Shown in pieces: positions 32,559 through 45,323 of a DNA stretch of 64,000 bases. Each line of letters opens with the position of its first letter. The stretch's first letter is position 1. The notes under the pieces are model-generated. The model had not been told where the DNA came from. It did not search any database and saw only the letters and a program-made list of their open reading frames with translations. A program made the position numbers and the translations under genes. The stretch is from contig CM000153.2 in the NCBI GenBank assembly GCA_000004695.1, forward strand, positions 1,344,001-1,408,000, written 5' to 3'. Source of the DNA: Dictyostelium discoideum (taxonomy: Eukaryota).

Positions 32559-32666
32559 AAAATTAATAAAAAAATAAAAAAATTAAAAAAAAAATTAAAA
32601 TAATAAAAAAAATAAAGTAATATTACAATTTTTCTTTTTAAAATATAAATTTAAATTTAAATTTAT

Positions 32667-34544
32667 TTAATTATCTTTTTTTTCTTCATAATATTCATTA
32701 AAATCTAACATATATTGTAATGAAATTGGATTTAAATCTTGATTTACTTTAACTTTTAAAATTTCAGATTGAAATTTATAAAATGAAGTTGTATATTCTT
32801 GATAGAGATTATTTAGATGATTTCTAAAACTATTAAATTCTTTATTAACTTGAGCTTGATGAGTTTCATTGAAATTCTTTTCATTTTGAATAGCTATTGA
32901 AAGGTTGATTAATTTAGTTTGTAATAGAGTGAATTTGATGATAATTGATAATAATTTTTTAAAGCATTCATAACAACTATCAGAATTTGATAAAAACATT
33001 TTATTACAAATATCTTGAAGATATTGATGATGAGCCTCAATGAGTTGATCTAAATCGGTAGCTTCTTGGTCTATGAATTTCTCTAAATTCTTCCAAGAAC
33101 ATTCCAAAACCTCAAACATTAGATAGTACTGAAAATTCGATATGAAATGCACCATTTCATTCATAATCAAATGAGATTTATGAATGTCACCACCAATTGG
33201 TGATAGAATCGATAAGGAAGTTGACGACCTAATTTTACGCCAAATCGAAGCCAACGAATACTCAACTCTTTTTATACCCCACATAAAATGAAAGATCTTT
33301 TTATAACGTAATATATCATTTGGTGAGAGGATAGTATTCAATGGTGTATCGACATGATAATCCAATGAGAAAATATCCCAACCTATATTTCCAGGTCGTT
33401 CAGGTAACAATGCAATGTCTAACCTATTTACAATATCCTGTTCCTCGAATTGAGCATTTGAATTCCTAATTGCAGTATCCATCCAACCTACTAATTTATG
33501 ACGTTGAATTTGGCTAGTTGGTTTCAATAAATCCTCACCAATCAAGTCCATTAAATATTGAATAAAATCACCTTGTCCCAATAATAAATATTTCTTTAAT
33601 GCTTTTACATGATTCATAAATTTAAATCTATTCAATACAATCTTTAACAATCTCTCTGAACTTTGTCTAGACACCAACTCTATTATCTCTTGTAATACTT
33701 CTTTATTGATATAATTTAATTCTTTAGTTTTTTCTTTAATAATTTTTGATTCTTTAATTAATAATTTTCTTTCAATAATTTCATCATCTTCACCTTGATT
33801 TTCATTTTCATCATCATCATCATTATCGTCATGATCTTCATCGTCATCATCATCATCTTCTTGATTATAATAATAATATCTATCATTTTTATCTTCTTTA
33901 AAATTATTACAAAATTGTTTCATATAATTTATTGATTTACCAATGATTAAAATTCTTTTTGATAATGGTAGTGAAATGAATGATGGTAATAGTCTTGCAA
34001 CGATTGCAAATTTCTCTTTCCAAGTTTTCTCTAATTGAACCGATTCATATTGTCTAATGAAAAACTCTTGATATGGATCATTGATTTCACCTTTAAACAT
34101 CCATAACCTTATCATTGAGAATAATGGTTGACAAATTTTAAACATTATATTATGAATCAATATTCTAATATCTTGATCACCATGTTTTGATAGTGTATCG
34201 ATTTTCGATAGAATTTCACCACCCTTCATATCAACTGTTATCGAATCAACACATGTTCCCAACACTTTCAATCTCTTTAATGGTGATTGAATCCATACGA
34301 ATAATCTAATCAATGTTAAACTATCACCATCAATAAATGGTATCTCTGTACTTGTTGTTGTACCACCTGATGATACTGATGATGGTGATTCTAATCCACT
34401 ACCACTACCACTACCACCACTACCACCACCACCACCACCATAATTTACCATATCAAATTTTTTATAAACTTGAGTCTCTAAAATAGCTATAATTCTATAT
34501 AATTCAATTAATTCATCATTTATTGCTGAACAAAAACTCTTTAT
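32667..34544 (-). CDS. Gamma-tubulin complex component (GCP4-like), exon 2.
   Basis: Acceptor aattaaag|ata. The exon starts IKSFCSAINDELIELYRIIAILETQV (human GCP4 has LRAFCTGLDSVLQPYRQALLDLEQEF). The GCP core is LLLGQGDFIQYLMDLIGEDL...FKGEINDPYQEFFI...NFQYYLMFEVLECSW. The combined CDS is 2448 nt, in frame. Confidence 0.7.
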   Translation of the reverse strand: MKSFCSAINDELIELYRIIAILETQVYKKFDMVNYGGGGGGSGGSGSGSGLESPSSVSSGGTTTSTEIPFIDGDSLTLIRLFVWIQSPLKRLKVLGTCVDSITVDMKGGEILSKIDTLSKHGDQDIRILIHNIMFKICQPLFSMIRLWMFKGEINDPYQEFFIRQYESVQLEKTWKEKFAIVARLLPSFISLPLSKRILIIGKSINYMKQFCNNFKEDKNDRYYYYNQEDDDDDDEDHDDNDDDDENENQGEDDEIIERKLLIKESKIIKEKTKELNYINKEVLQEIIELVSRQSSERLLKIVLNRFKFMNHVKALKKYLLLGQGDFIQYLMDLIGEDLLKPTSQIQRHKLVGWMDTAIRNSNAQFEEQDIVNRLDIALLPERPGNIGWDIFSLDYHVDTPLNTILSPNDILRYKKIFHFMWGIKRVEYSLASIWRKIRSSTSLSILSPIGGDIHKSHLIMNEMVHFISNFQYYLMFEVLECSWKNLEKFIDQEATDLDQLIEAHHQYLQDICNKMFLSNSDSCYECFKKLLSIIIKFTLLQTKLINLSIAIQNEKNFNETHQAQVNKEFNSFRNHLNNLYQEYTTSFYKFQSEILKVKVNQDLNPISLQYMLDFNEYYEEKKDN

Positions 34545-34563
34545 CTTTAATTAGTATCTATTT

Positions 34564-34599
<36 letters not shown>

Positions 34600-34607
34600 T
34601 TACATAC

Positions 34608-35177
34608 TTGATTTGTTAAACCAGTCTTTTTAAAATCATTATTTGTTATAAATAATCTAACTTTTTTAAATAACCAACCAAATTCACAAAGACGATAAAC
34701 TAAATCTCTTTTTGGTTTTGATATATATGCTGGTTCACCATTTACTAATGTATTGGATGTATTTTCATCAATTTTAAATGAATCACTTTGTTTATTATAT
34801 TTTATATATGTACCATCAATACCTTGAAAAACATAAATTATATCTCTAATTAATAAATGTTCAGGTATTTCATTGATTCCAATAACTGATTTTTTAGTTG
34901 ATACTAATGTCGGTGTATTATTTGCACTATTTAATTGTTGGGTTGTAGTTGTTGCTGGTTGTGGTTGTTGTGGTTGATAGTTTTGTAAAATCGTTATACC
35001 ATTTGTAACTTGTTGTGGTTGTTGTGGTTGTTGTTGTTGTTGTTGTTGATTTGGTTGTTGTATTGAAGTATCATTCATTAATTTTGGTAATAATGTATTT
35101 GCTGTAATTGAATCTGTCTTTTTTTTAACTTGTTTATTTATATTTAATTTTGGTATCTGTACAAATGTTGAATTCAT
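34608..35177 (-). CDS. Gamma-tubulin complex component (GCP4-like, Spc97/Spc98 family), exon 1.
   Basis: ATG at 35177. The N-terminal GCP motif is EIPEHLLIRDIIYVFQGIDGTYIKY (compare GCP LVRDLLYVLQGIDGKYI). A polyQ tract is present. Donor caa|gtatgt, then an (ATTT)n intron. Confidence 0.7.
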
Positions 35178-35288
35178 TTTTTTTATTTTTTTTTTTTTTA
35201 TTTATTTATACATATACGAATATATATATATGTGTTTGTTATATAAATTAAATAATTAAATATAAAAAAAAAAAAAAAAAAATTTCAA

Positions 35289-35327
<39 letters not shown>

Positions 35328-35526
35328 GTGTTTGGCGCCAAAATTTTATAAAACTTATTTATTAAATTTTTTAGCTGGACTTTCCAAAAATTAGTTTTTT
35401 TTTTTTTATTTTATTTTTTAATTTTTATTATTTTCAAATCAAGCAAACGAATAAAACAAATAAATAAAACAAATAAATAAAACAAATAAATAAATATAAA
35501 TATTTATACATGTACATATAAAAAAA

Positions 35527-36000
35527 ATGCATAATAATAATTTAACATACCAACAATATCAACAACAACAATTATTAATTCAACAACAACAGCAACAATT
35601 ATTGTATCAACAACAATTATTACAACAGCAACAGCAGCAACAACAACAACAACAACAACAAAAACAATATAGCCATGGTAGACCATCGACATTAGGTTTA
35701 CCAAGTAGAAAACCACCACCAATGCAACCCCAACCTCAACCACAAATACAAGCACCAATACAATTAACATTTCAACAACAACAGCAATTATTACAACAAC
35801 AACAATACCAATTTAATAATAATTTAAATACAATCAATAACAATAACAATAACAATATCACAAATAGGCATAGTATGGTTACTCCATCAACAAATTTAGG
35901 TGGAAGATCTTCTTTAGGTCCCCCATCTGCAATGTTAACAAATAATAATAATAACAATAGCAATATTAGAAATACAACATTTATATCAAATAGTGGTGGC

Positions 36001-36085
<85 letters not shown>

Positions 36086-37431
36086 TAATTAATAATAATA
36101 ATAATAATAACATTCATACCCAAGTACAACCTAAAAAATCAATTGCACCAAGTAAATCAAATACAATATCATCAAATACAACAACAACAACAACAGCAGC
36201 ATCATCATCATCATCATCAAATCCATCTATTACATTAAGACAAGAAACTAGACCAGTTAATGATAGTAAATTTCAATCACAATGTTTATTAAGACTTCAA
36301 CAATTTTTATCACAAAGTGAAAAAGGTTATCCAAGAGCAATTACAAAGGATAATCTTATGAGTGAAATTAATGGCTTAATGAAATTCCTTTGTCTTCATA
36401 TTGATCCACATTTTAAATTACCAACAGAGAAACCAGAGGAAGAGATTATATCATTCTTTAAGATGATGGGTTATAGATCGGCTGGTTTTACAAAACGTGT
36501 TTTCAGTCAAGTTGGTAATGCTCATACAAGAGGTCATCTATTGGGTGCTATCATTTGGATGGTTGAATTGATTGAATATGATCAAATCATTCGTCAAATG
36601 GATTCCCACATTGAAAGGGAAATACTTAATGGTAATACAATCGATGAGAATGGTAACCTCACCACCACTACCTCTGCCACCAACACCAATGAAGATGGTA
36701 ATTTCAATTTAACCACTCAAATATTTTCAAAACATGTTTTTAAATCTTATGAAGCATTTTTAAAAGGTGATGATGGTAATCATGTTGATCAATTTTTAGA
36801 AGAGAAATTCAATGAAGTCAATGAACTAATAGTGAAAGAATGTGAAGAATCAATGGAGAGACAAAAAAAGATAAAACAAGAGATTGTAAATCTAACACAA
36901 TATATAACCAATGATGATATCGATCAATTGAATTTTAAATTGGAACAAACCAATCAAGAAATCATTGCAACACATGATCTTATCAATGATAATGAACTTG
37001 AGGATCAAAAATTGGATCAAGAGATTGACCAAAATCAAACTCACTTTCAAGAATTGGAAATTCAACAAAAAGAACACCAAAAAAAAAAACAAGAATTTGA
37101 ATCACGTATACAAATTCAACAATCAAACTCTGTAGATGCAAAACGAATCAATCAAGAAACATTTGAACTCAAAGAAGAACTCGATAAAGTTCAACGTGAA
37201 CAATCTAGACATGATCAATTAAAACAAGAGAAATCAAAAGAAATTAAACAATCAATTAATGAAATTGAAAAATTAATTCAATCATATAAAGAAATTTGTT
37301 GTAAAGCTTCATTAGTAACTAATGATAATTTAATAATTGAAAAATATAGAATAATATTTACTCATACTTTAAATAATAACAATAATAATAATAATACCAA
37401 TAATAGTAGTATTTTAAATATTTCAAATAAT

Positions 37432-37476
<45 letters not shown>

Positions 37477-38094
37477 TATGAAGAAGGTATAATTTCAATT
37501 TCAGATTTAAAATTAGTTATTAAAAATTTACAAGAATTAAATTTAGAAATCTCTCAAAATATTTCAAAAATTAAACAAGATTTATTAAAGACAAGTAATT
37601 TAAATGATATTCAAAAGGAATCAATTAGTGATAAAGAATTGGAATTGGCAAGAATTAAACAAAAACATGATAAACAAAAGAATATTTTAAAACAAGAGAA
37701 ACAAGATCAAACTTTTGATATAACTCAACGTGAAGAAAATATTGAACAATTGAAATCTTCAAATAAGAAATTAATTGATGATGGTGTTCGTGAACTTGAA
37801 AAAACAATTCAATTATTAGAATCACAACGTGAAGAACATTCTCGTTTAAAAATTGATTTAAAACAATCATCTGAACAAATGAAACTTCAATATTTAAAAA
37901 GAATTGAAAGATTTATTTCTCATCGTCAATTAATTGGTTCTCAAATTTTTGATACATTACGTCAAATGGAAGAATTATCATTAACTCAAAAAATTTTATT
38001 CCCTCCTCCACCACCACCACCACAATTATCACAACAACATCAACAATTAATGCAACAACAACATCAAAATAACACCATTGATATTGATGAGTAA
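35527..38094 (+). CDS. ndc80: Kinetochore protein Ndc80/HEC1.
   Basis: After a polyQ N-terminal tail, the calponin-homology domain is RPVNDSKFQSQCLLRLQQFLSQSEKGYPRAITKDNLMSEINGLMKFLCLHIDPHFKLPTEKPEEEIISFFKMMGYRSAGFTKRVFSQVGNAHTRGHLLGAIIWMVELIEYD. This is colinear with human HEC1 [25 protein letters not shown]...[70 protein letters not shown]. A long heptad-rich, coiled-coil-like C-terminal half follows. Confidence 0.8.
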
Positions 38095-38104
38095 TTAAAA
38101 TGAT

Positions 38105-38138
<34 letters not shown>

Positions 38139-38191
38139 TAATAATAATAATAATAAAAATAGAATTGTATATACACACTTAAATTTTATCA

Positions 38192-38390
<199 letters not shown>

Positions 38391-38399
38391 TATTATAAA

Positions 38400-38738
38400 T
38401 TAACCAGGACCAACTTTTGGTACATCATGATGTTCTGATAAACTTGATAAATATTTATTATATTCTTCGATTTTTTCTTTATGTGATTTATTAACTAATT
38501 TATCAATTCTTTTTTGTTCTTTTCTACTTAATTTCTCTTTATGTTTTTTTTCAGCATCTGTTAAAGTTTTTGATACCTTAATATTACTAATTTCTTCTTC
38601 TTCATGTTGTTGTTGTTCTTCTTTGATTAGTTCATTTTTAACTTTTTTAGATTTTTTCTTTTTTTTATTTGTATGTGAAGGTATTTCAGGAACATCTCCT
38701 TTTAATTTTAATTTTCCTGTAACAACATTTGAATACAT
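38400..38738 (-). CDS. FAM32A (OTAG-12) family small nuclear protein.
   Basis: The 112-aa protein MYSNVVTGKLKLKGDVPEI...KKKKKSKK...HKEKIEEYNKYLSSLSEHHDVPKVGPG is colinear with human FAM32A (112 aa: ...GPLKLKG...KRKKKKKDK...HKQRVEDFNRHLDTLTEHYDIPKVSWTK). Confidence 0.7.
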   Translation of the reverse strand: MYSNVVTGKLKLKGDVPEIPSHTNKKKKKSKKVKNELIKEEQQQHEEEEISNIKVSKTLTDAEKKHKEKLSRKEQKRIDKLVNKSHKEKIEEYNKYLSSLSEHHDVPKVGPG

Positions 38739-38831
38739 TCTTTAATTATTATTATTATTACTACTATTCGTTTTAATTTAAAATAAATTAAAAAAAAAAA
38801 AAAAATAAAAATAAAAAAAAAAAAAAACTCC

Positions 38832-38862
<31 letters not shown>

Positions 38863-38937
38863 CTTATTTTCAAGGTTATCCATAAATGCAAACAAATACA
38901 GAGATTCAATAAATAAATAAATAAATAGATAAATAAA

Positions 38938-39075
38938 ATGGATCAACAACACCAAAACCAATCACAACAAAATAATACAATTGAAATAAATAATAATAAT
39001 AACAATAATAATAATAATAATATAGTGAATAATAATAATAATATAGATAGTATAGATAATAATAATATAGTTAAT

Positions 39076-39112
<37 letters not shown>

Positions 39113-39495
39113 TAAATAATGTAAATAATTATAATATAAATAATAACAATATAGCGAATTTTAATTATAATAATAATAATAATAATAATAATGGTGAAAG
39201 AAAATATAGGATTGCCATGGTTTCAGATTTCTTTTATCCAAATATGGGTGGTGTTGAAGAACATCTTTATCAATTATCACAATGTTTAATTAAGAGAGGA
39301 AATAAAGTTATAATCATTACACATAGTTATGGTGATAGATTTGGTATAAGATATGTTACAAATGGTTTAAAAGTTTATTATATACCTCAAGCACCATTTT
39401 ATAATCAATCTTCTTTTCCTACATTATATTTCACTTTCCCATTATTTAGAAAGATTTTAATACGTGAAAGAATTGAAATTGTACATTGTCATCAA
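38938..39495 (+). CDS. pigA: Phosphatidylinositol N-acetylglucosaminyltransferase subunit A (PIG-A/GPI3), exon 1.
   Basis: After an 80-residue poly-N leader: [60 protein letters not shown]...VHCHQ. Human PIG-A has [59 protein letters not shown]. Donor caa|gtaagt. Confidence 0.8.
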
Positions 39496-39585
39496 GTAAG
39501 TAAAGATATAGATATTTAGATATACATATAATTTAATATATAAATATATTAATTAATAAATAAAACAAATAATAAAAATAAAAAG

Positions 39586-39877
39586 GCATTTTCAACACTT
39601 GCACATGAAAGTATTTTACATGCAAGAACTATGGGATATAGTACATGTTTTACAGATCATTCATTATTTGGTTTTGCAGATGCAAGTTCAATACATATGA
39701 ATAAACTATTAAAATTTACATTATCAGATATATCACATGTTATTTGTGTATCAAATACAAGTAAAGAGAATACTGTATTAAGAGCTCAATTAGATCCTCA
39801 TTTAGTATCTGTAATTCCAAATGCTGTTGATACTACTCAATTTACACCCGATCCTTCAAAAAGAGATCCAAATAAAT
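39586..39877 (+). CDS. pigA: PIG-A, exon 2.
   Basis: Acceptor aaaaag|gca. The exon reads [42 protein letters not shown]...[38 protein letters not shown]. Human PIG-A has [42 protein letters not shown]...[38 protein letters not shown]. Donor aaa t|gtaagt (phase 1). Confidence 0.8.
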
Positions 39878-39981
39878 GTAAGTTTGAGATCGATCAATAA
39901 ATAATAAAAAATAAAAAATAAAAATAATGATAAAACTAAGATATTAATATTTTATTTGTTATTTTTTATTTTAAATAAAAG

Positions 39982-40703
39982 TAACAATTGTAATTATGAG
40001 TAGATTAGTTTATAGAAAAGGTATTGATTTAATTATTGATATTATACCAAATATTTGTAAGAAATTTCCAAATGCATATTTTGTAATTGGTGGTGATGGT
40101 CCAAAACGTGTATCATTAGAAGAGATGAGAGAGAAACATCAACTTCATGATAGAGTTGAATTATTGGGAAGTGTTAAACATTCAAACGTTAGAAATGTGT
40201 TGGTTAGAGGTGACATTTTTTTAAATTCATCATTGACTGAAGCATTTTGTATTGCAATTGTTGAAGCTGCAAGTTGTGGTCTATATGTGGTCAGTACAAA
40301 GGTTGGTGGTGTTCCAGAGGTATTACCACCCCATATGATATCATTGGCACAACCAAAGAGTGACGATTTAGAAGAGAAACTAACTGATGCAATCATTAAT
40401 CTAAAATCAACACCTTTACAAACCCATGAAGAAGTTAGAACAATGTATGACTGGAACGATGTCGCACGTCGTACTGAAACAGTATATGATATCATTAGTA
40501 AAGCTCCAAAGGTGCCATTTATTGAAAGATTACGTCGTTTCGTTGGTTGTGGTCTTTGGGCTGGAAAATTAAATTGTATGGTGGTTGCACTTGATAATTT
40601 AATTTATCGTTGTTTAGAATATTATTCACCAAAAGAAGATATTGACGAAGCTTTTGATTTTCCAATTGAAGGTTATACAAAATTTAAACAACAAATTAAA
40701 TAA
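39982..40703 (+). CDS. pigA: PIG-A, exon 3.
   Basis: Acceptor aaataaaag|ta. The exon reads (L)[115 protein letters not shown]. Human PIG-A has [116 protein letters not shown]. Confidence 0.8.
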
Positions 40704-41122
40704 AAGAATTATTAAAATATTTAAAGAAAGAAAAATAAAAAAAATAAAAAAAATAATAATAAAAATAATAATACAAGTTTTTTTTTTTTTTTTAATTATT
40801 ATATACATATTTTATTTATTTTATTTTATTTATTTGTTTTTATTAAATTATATATATATAACTATATATTTTATTCTATATCTTTTTTTTTTTTTTTTTT
40901 TTTTTTTTTTGTTTTAATGCTATTTATTTTACATTTTTTTATTATTTTTTTTTTTTTGTATTTTTTTTTTTTTTTTTTGTTTTTTGATATTTAAAATTTT
41001 AATACACTTAAAATAGATATTTGATAAAGAAAGAAAAGAAAAAAAAAAAAAAAGAGATCTTTGATCTAAAATTTTTTTTTTTTTTTTTTTTTTTTTAGAT
41101 TTTTAAATCTTTTTTTTTTTTT

Positions 41123-41815
41123 TTATGTTGATAAAGTTGGAGCAGTTGTATCTGGTTTAGTTGGGTTTGTTTGTTTTTTTCTTTCTTCTTTTTTCTTTTT
41201 GATGATATCATTGTATAATCTATTTCTATATTCAGCGATTGGGAATTTTTGACCATCATCAATAGAGATTTTAATGATACGATCAAAGTGTGGTTCTTCA
41301 GCAGGATTATGGAATTGAGTGACAAAAGGATGAGCCAATGCCTCCTCTGCAGTTATTCTTTTATCTGGATTAAATTGTAGTAGTTTCTTCAAGAGATCTA
41401 AAGCATCTACAGATGCGGATGGATACATATCAGAGAGTGAACGTGGATTTGATGGTGGTAATGACTCTAACATTGTACCAGCAAATGGTGATTTAATAGC
41501 CTCGATATCTTCTGCTGATGGACGTCCAGTGACTTCAATGATCAAATCCAATTGATTCATGGTTGAGTTTCCTGGAAACATTGCTTTTTCACCCAACAAT
41601 TCACCCAAAATACATCCAATCGACCACATATCAACTCCCTTTGTATATTTGGTTGATCCCAATAAAATTTCGGGAGCTCTATACCAACGTGTTGCAACAT
41701 ATTCAGTTAACACTGGATTTGCTTCTGCAATTGATTCCAATGATGTAATTGAACGTGCCAATCCAAAATCAGCAACTTTAACTAAACATTCTGAATTTAA
41801 TAATAAATTACTTGG
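41123..41815 (-). CDS. erkB: ErkB, exon 3.
   Basis: Acceptor attattag|cca. The exon reads PSNLLLNSECLVKVADFGLARSI...TEYVATRWYRAPE, with the DFG motif, the TEY activation loop and the APE motif. The total CDS is 1110 nt, which gives 369 aa. Confidence 0.85.
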   Translation of the reverse strand, partial: PSNLLLNSECLVKVADFGLARSITSLESIAEANPVLTEYVATRWYRAPEILLGSTKYTKGVDMWSIGCILGELLGEKAMFPGNSTMNQLDLIIEVTGRPSAEDIEAIKSPFAGTMLESLPPSNPRSLSDMYPSASVDALDLLKKLLQFNPDKRITAEEALAHPFVTQFHNPAEEPHFDRIIKISIDDGQKFPIAEYRNRLYNDIIKKKKEERKKQTNPTKPDTTAPTLST

Positions 41816-41880
41816 CTAATAATTATAAAGAAAAAATATAAAAAAAATAAAAAATATTAGTTATAAATACCATATCAATT

Positions 41881-41985
<105 letters not shown>

Positions 41986-41994
41986 ATAACATAC

Positions 41995-42122
41995 TTTTAT
42001 ATCTCTATGTAATACATTAGCAGAGTGCATATATTTTAATGCTTTTAATAATTGATAAATTGTATATTGTTTATGAATTTCTTCTAAAATCTTTGCTCTG
42101 ATCACTGCATGCAAATCAGTTT
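41995..42122 (-). CDS. erkB: ErkB, exon 2.
   Basis: Acceptor ttttttag|aa. The exon reads ETDLHAVIRAKILEEIHKQYTIYQLLKALKYMHSANVLHRDIK, with the HRDxK catalytic loop. Donor aaa|gtatgt. The following intron contains an (ATT)n run of about 35 units. Confidence 0.85.
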
Positions 42123-42218
42123 CTAAAAAAAAATAAAAAAAATAAAATAAAAATGGATTAATAAATTATTATTTTTTTTAAATTTTAAAATAATCTTCTT
42201 TCTTGTTCTTCTTGTTTT

Positions 42219-42254
<36 letters not shown>

Positions 42255-42259
42255 CTTAC

Positions 42260-42548
42260 CCATGTGTTCAAAAACTAGATAAATATCTCTATCATTATCA
42301 GCTTTTATAACATTTAAAAGTTTAATTATATTTTCATGGCCATGTAATTCTTGGAGGAACATGATCTCTCTGAATGTTCTTTGAGCATCAGTGGCATTTT
42401 GGAAAGCGTCAAAAATCTTTTTAAGTGCAACTGTTTGTTTTGTTTTTTTATCTATTGCTTTCCAAACAATACCATAGGCTCCTTTACCTATCTTTTGTAA
42501 AACTTCATACTTTCTTAAAACATGTTTATCTATATCTTCAGATGACAT
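42260..42548 (-). CDS. erkB: Atypical MAP kinase ErkB (ERK7/8, MAPK15-like), exon 1.
   Basis: [96 protein letters not shown]. Human MAPK15 has ...[52 protein letters not shown]...[12 protein letters not shown]. Donor atg g|gtaaga (phase 1). Confidence 0.85.
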
Positions 42549-43073
42549 TGTGTATTATTATTATTTTATTGATTTATTTATATTGGATTGGGTGTGTGTG
42601 TGTGTATATATATATATTATTATAAATATTTTAAAATTATAAATAAGTGATGTGATTTAGTTAAGTTTGTTTTTTTTTTTTTTTTGAAAAAATATAATAT
42701 ATGTATATATATTTATTATATAATAAAAAAAAAAATTTTGGGTTTAAAAAGATTTTTTTTTTCTATAAATAATTAAAAAAAAATAAAATTAAAAAAATTT
42801 AAAAATTAAAAAAAAAAAAAAATAATTAAAATAAAAAAAAATTGAAAAAAAAAAAAAAAACCAACTGAGATGGTTTTTTTATTAAATTAAAAAAAAAAAA
42901 TATTATTAAAATAAAAAAAATAAATAGGGGTTTCTTTTTTTTTTTTTTTTTTTTTAAATTGGGGCCAATAAATCTTAATTTTCAAAAAATAAAAAAAAAA
43001 TAAAAAAAATTTTTGAGGCTGTAAAAAAAAAAAAATAAAAAAAAAAAAATAAAAAAAAAAAAAAAAAAACTTT

Positions 43074-43130
43074 TGTAAACAGCCACACTTTATTTTTTTT
43101 TTTTTTTTTTTGTAAACGGCCAAACTTTAT
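43074..43130 (+). repeat. Direct repeat of a 20-bp motif (tgtaaacAgccaCactttat / tgtaaacGgccaAactttat), each copy followed by a T run, in the divergent promoter between erkB and the 43840 gene.
   Basis: Copies at 43074-43093 and 43111-43130 match at 18 of 20 positions. Confidence 0.6.
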
Positions 43131-43839
43131 TTTTTTTTTTTTTTTTTTGAAATAAAATTCATTACTACAAAATCCTTCATCAAAATTTTATGATATTCAC
43201 GCAATATCGATCACCCTATTTTTTTTGATTTTTTTTCTTTTTTTTTTTTTTTTGATTTTTTTAATTTAATAATCAAAGAATTAGCAAATGATCAAGTTTT
43301 TTTTTATTTCTTTTTGATTTTTTTATTTTACAGTTTTTGTTATTTTTGTCATTTTTATTTTTTTTTTTTGCATCGTTGTAATCCTTTTTTAGATTGTTGT
43401 CCATGTTGCAAATTTTGAAAATAAAAAAAAAAAAGAAGAAAACACTATTCAGATTTTTATTTTTAAATTTATTATTTTTTTGAAAATGTTAAACATTGAC
43501 TTTTTAGGGGTCTTATTTAAATTGGAAATTTTTATTGCAATTTTTCCTATTTTGTAAATGATTCATTTGGAAAATTTCAAAAATAAAAATTTTATTACCA
43601 ATATAAATTACCAATTTTGGAAATTCATTAAATATTTTAATAAATTTTGTGTCCAACTCAAAAAAAAAAAAAAAAACAGTTTGGATTTTTTGATTTTTTT
43701 TTTTAATTTCACTTTTTTTATTTTTTTTTTTTTTTTTTTTTTTTTTATTTTATTTTTTTTTATTTTTTTTTTATTTTTTTTATTTTTTTTTTTGAAAATT
43801 GACATAAAACATTAAACATAAGCTTTTAAAGAGAAATAA

Positions 43840-43995
43840 ATGATTAATTTTAGAAGTGGTACAAACCAATTAAGTAAATATGTCGAAAATAATAAGAAAT
43901 TCATTTTTTTAGAAACTCATTTATTTCATTCAAAGAAAACATTGGACTATTTTAGTACTGATATAATTGTTGAATATATAACTGAATTCACTGAT
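43840..43995 (+). CDS. Asn-rich hypothetical protein (about 1634 aa), exon 1.
   Basis: ATG at 43840. The exon reads MINFRSGTNQLSKYVENNKKFIFLETHLFHSKKTLDYFSTDIIVEYITEFTD and ends at gat|gtatgt (phase 0). Confidence 0.45.
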
Positions 43996-44299
43996 GTATG
44001 TTCCATCTACTACTATTTTAATATAATAATTATAATTATTATATTATAAAAATTAAATTTAGATTTCTTTTTTACTTTTTTTTTTTTTTTTTTTTTTCTC
44101 AAAAAAAAAATATTTCCATTTTTAATAAATAAATAAAAAATAAATGACTTAGAAATTAACCTTATTAATATTAATATCAATATTGCCATATATGTTTATT
44201 TTTTTTTTTTACTTTAATTTTTTTATTTATTTTTATTTTATTTTATTTAATTATTTTATTTATTAATTTTTTTTTTTTTTAATAAACCAATATTTCTAG

Positions 44300-45040
44300 T
44301 ATTATAATAGAGTATTTAGAGATAAGAATAATAATTATATTTGTAAAAGATTATTACAATGTATATTGAAATTGGTTAGGGTAGTATGGTTGGATAAAAA
44401 TTCAAGTTCAGATTCATTATTGATTATAATTGATTCAATGTTTAAATTGATATTAAATGTTGATATTAGAGATTCAATTGATAATAATAGTTTGGTGATA
44501 ATGTTGGATTTATTATGTCAAAATAAATTCTTTTCTAGAAATAGAGGTATTGAGCCATTATCACCATTATCACCAACTAGAATGATAAATATAAATTCAT
44601 CATCATCAACAACGACAACTACAACAAAATCAGATAATTTACATATTAATTCACCAGCATCAAAATTTTCATCATCATCTTCGTCAACATCATACAGTTT
44701 AGCATCATCATCCTCATATACAACACCAACTAAAAATTATTTTTCAAATGCATCATCATCATTGGTATCACCATATCAACCAAATACTCCATATACACCA
44801 TATACACCATTAAATGGTATGATGTTTTTATCACCAACCAATAATAATAATAATAAAAATAATAATAATAATGATGATGATTCCTTCTCAACTGATGATC
44901 AACATAGTGGTAATAGTAGTTTATCATCTTCATATAATAATATAAAGAGTCCAATTCCATTCAATCATATAGTTAATCCAACTACATTAAAAGAATCCTA
45001 TATCCTATTAATACCATTGCTTTTCTTATATTGTAAAAAT
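44300..45040 (+). CDS. Asn-rich hypothetical protein, exon 2.
   Basis: This is the only phase-compatible acceptor (ttctag|tat at 44298-99), and the frame is open from 44300. The ORF-track M at 44366 is a TTG. The exon is Ser/Thr-rich and ends at aat|gtatgt (45041). Confidence 0.5.
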
Positions 45041-45135
45041 GTATGTTGTGGTTATTGTTTTCATTTTTATTATTATTATTATTGCCATAGATACTTACCT
45101 ATTTTTTTTTTTTTTTTTTTTATTTATTTTTTTAG

Positions 45136-45323
45136 GATAAAAATTATAGAGAAATTAAAAAGTTTTTTGGAAATAATGTTATAGAGAATGAAACATTTCA
45201 ATATTTTACAACCTATTGGTCAATTACAACTAAACCTGATGATTATATAAGATGTTCAAATTTTATATTATCATTAGGTAATAATTCATATTTATTAAAA
45301 GATAATAAAACATTATTTTTAAA
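45136..45323 (+). CDS. Asn-rich hypothetical protein, exon 3.
   Basis: Acceptor ttttttag|gat. The exon reads DKNYREIKKFFGNNVIENETFQYFTTYWSITTKPDDYIRCSNFILSLGNNSYLLKDNKTLFL. Donor aa|gtaagt (phase 2). Confidence 0.55.

Noticed and set aside
34452-34592. Treating 32667-34451 and 34593-35177 as two separate genes.
   Set aside because: The upstream ORF ends at a caa|gtatgt donor, and the downstream frame is open from an aattaaag| acceptor at 34545-46. The encoded FCSAINDELIELYRIIAILE segment is conserved in GCP4 between the two parts.
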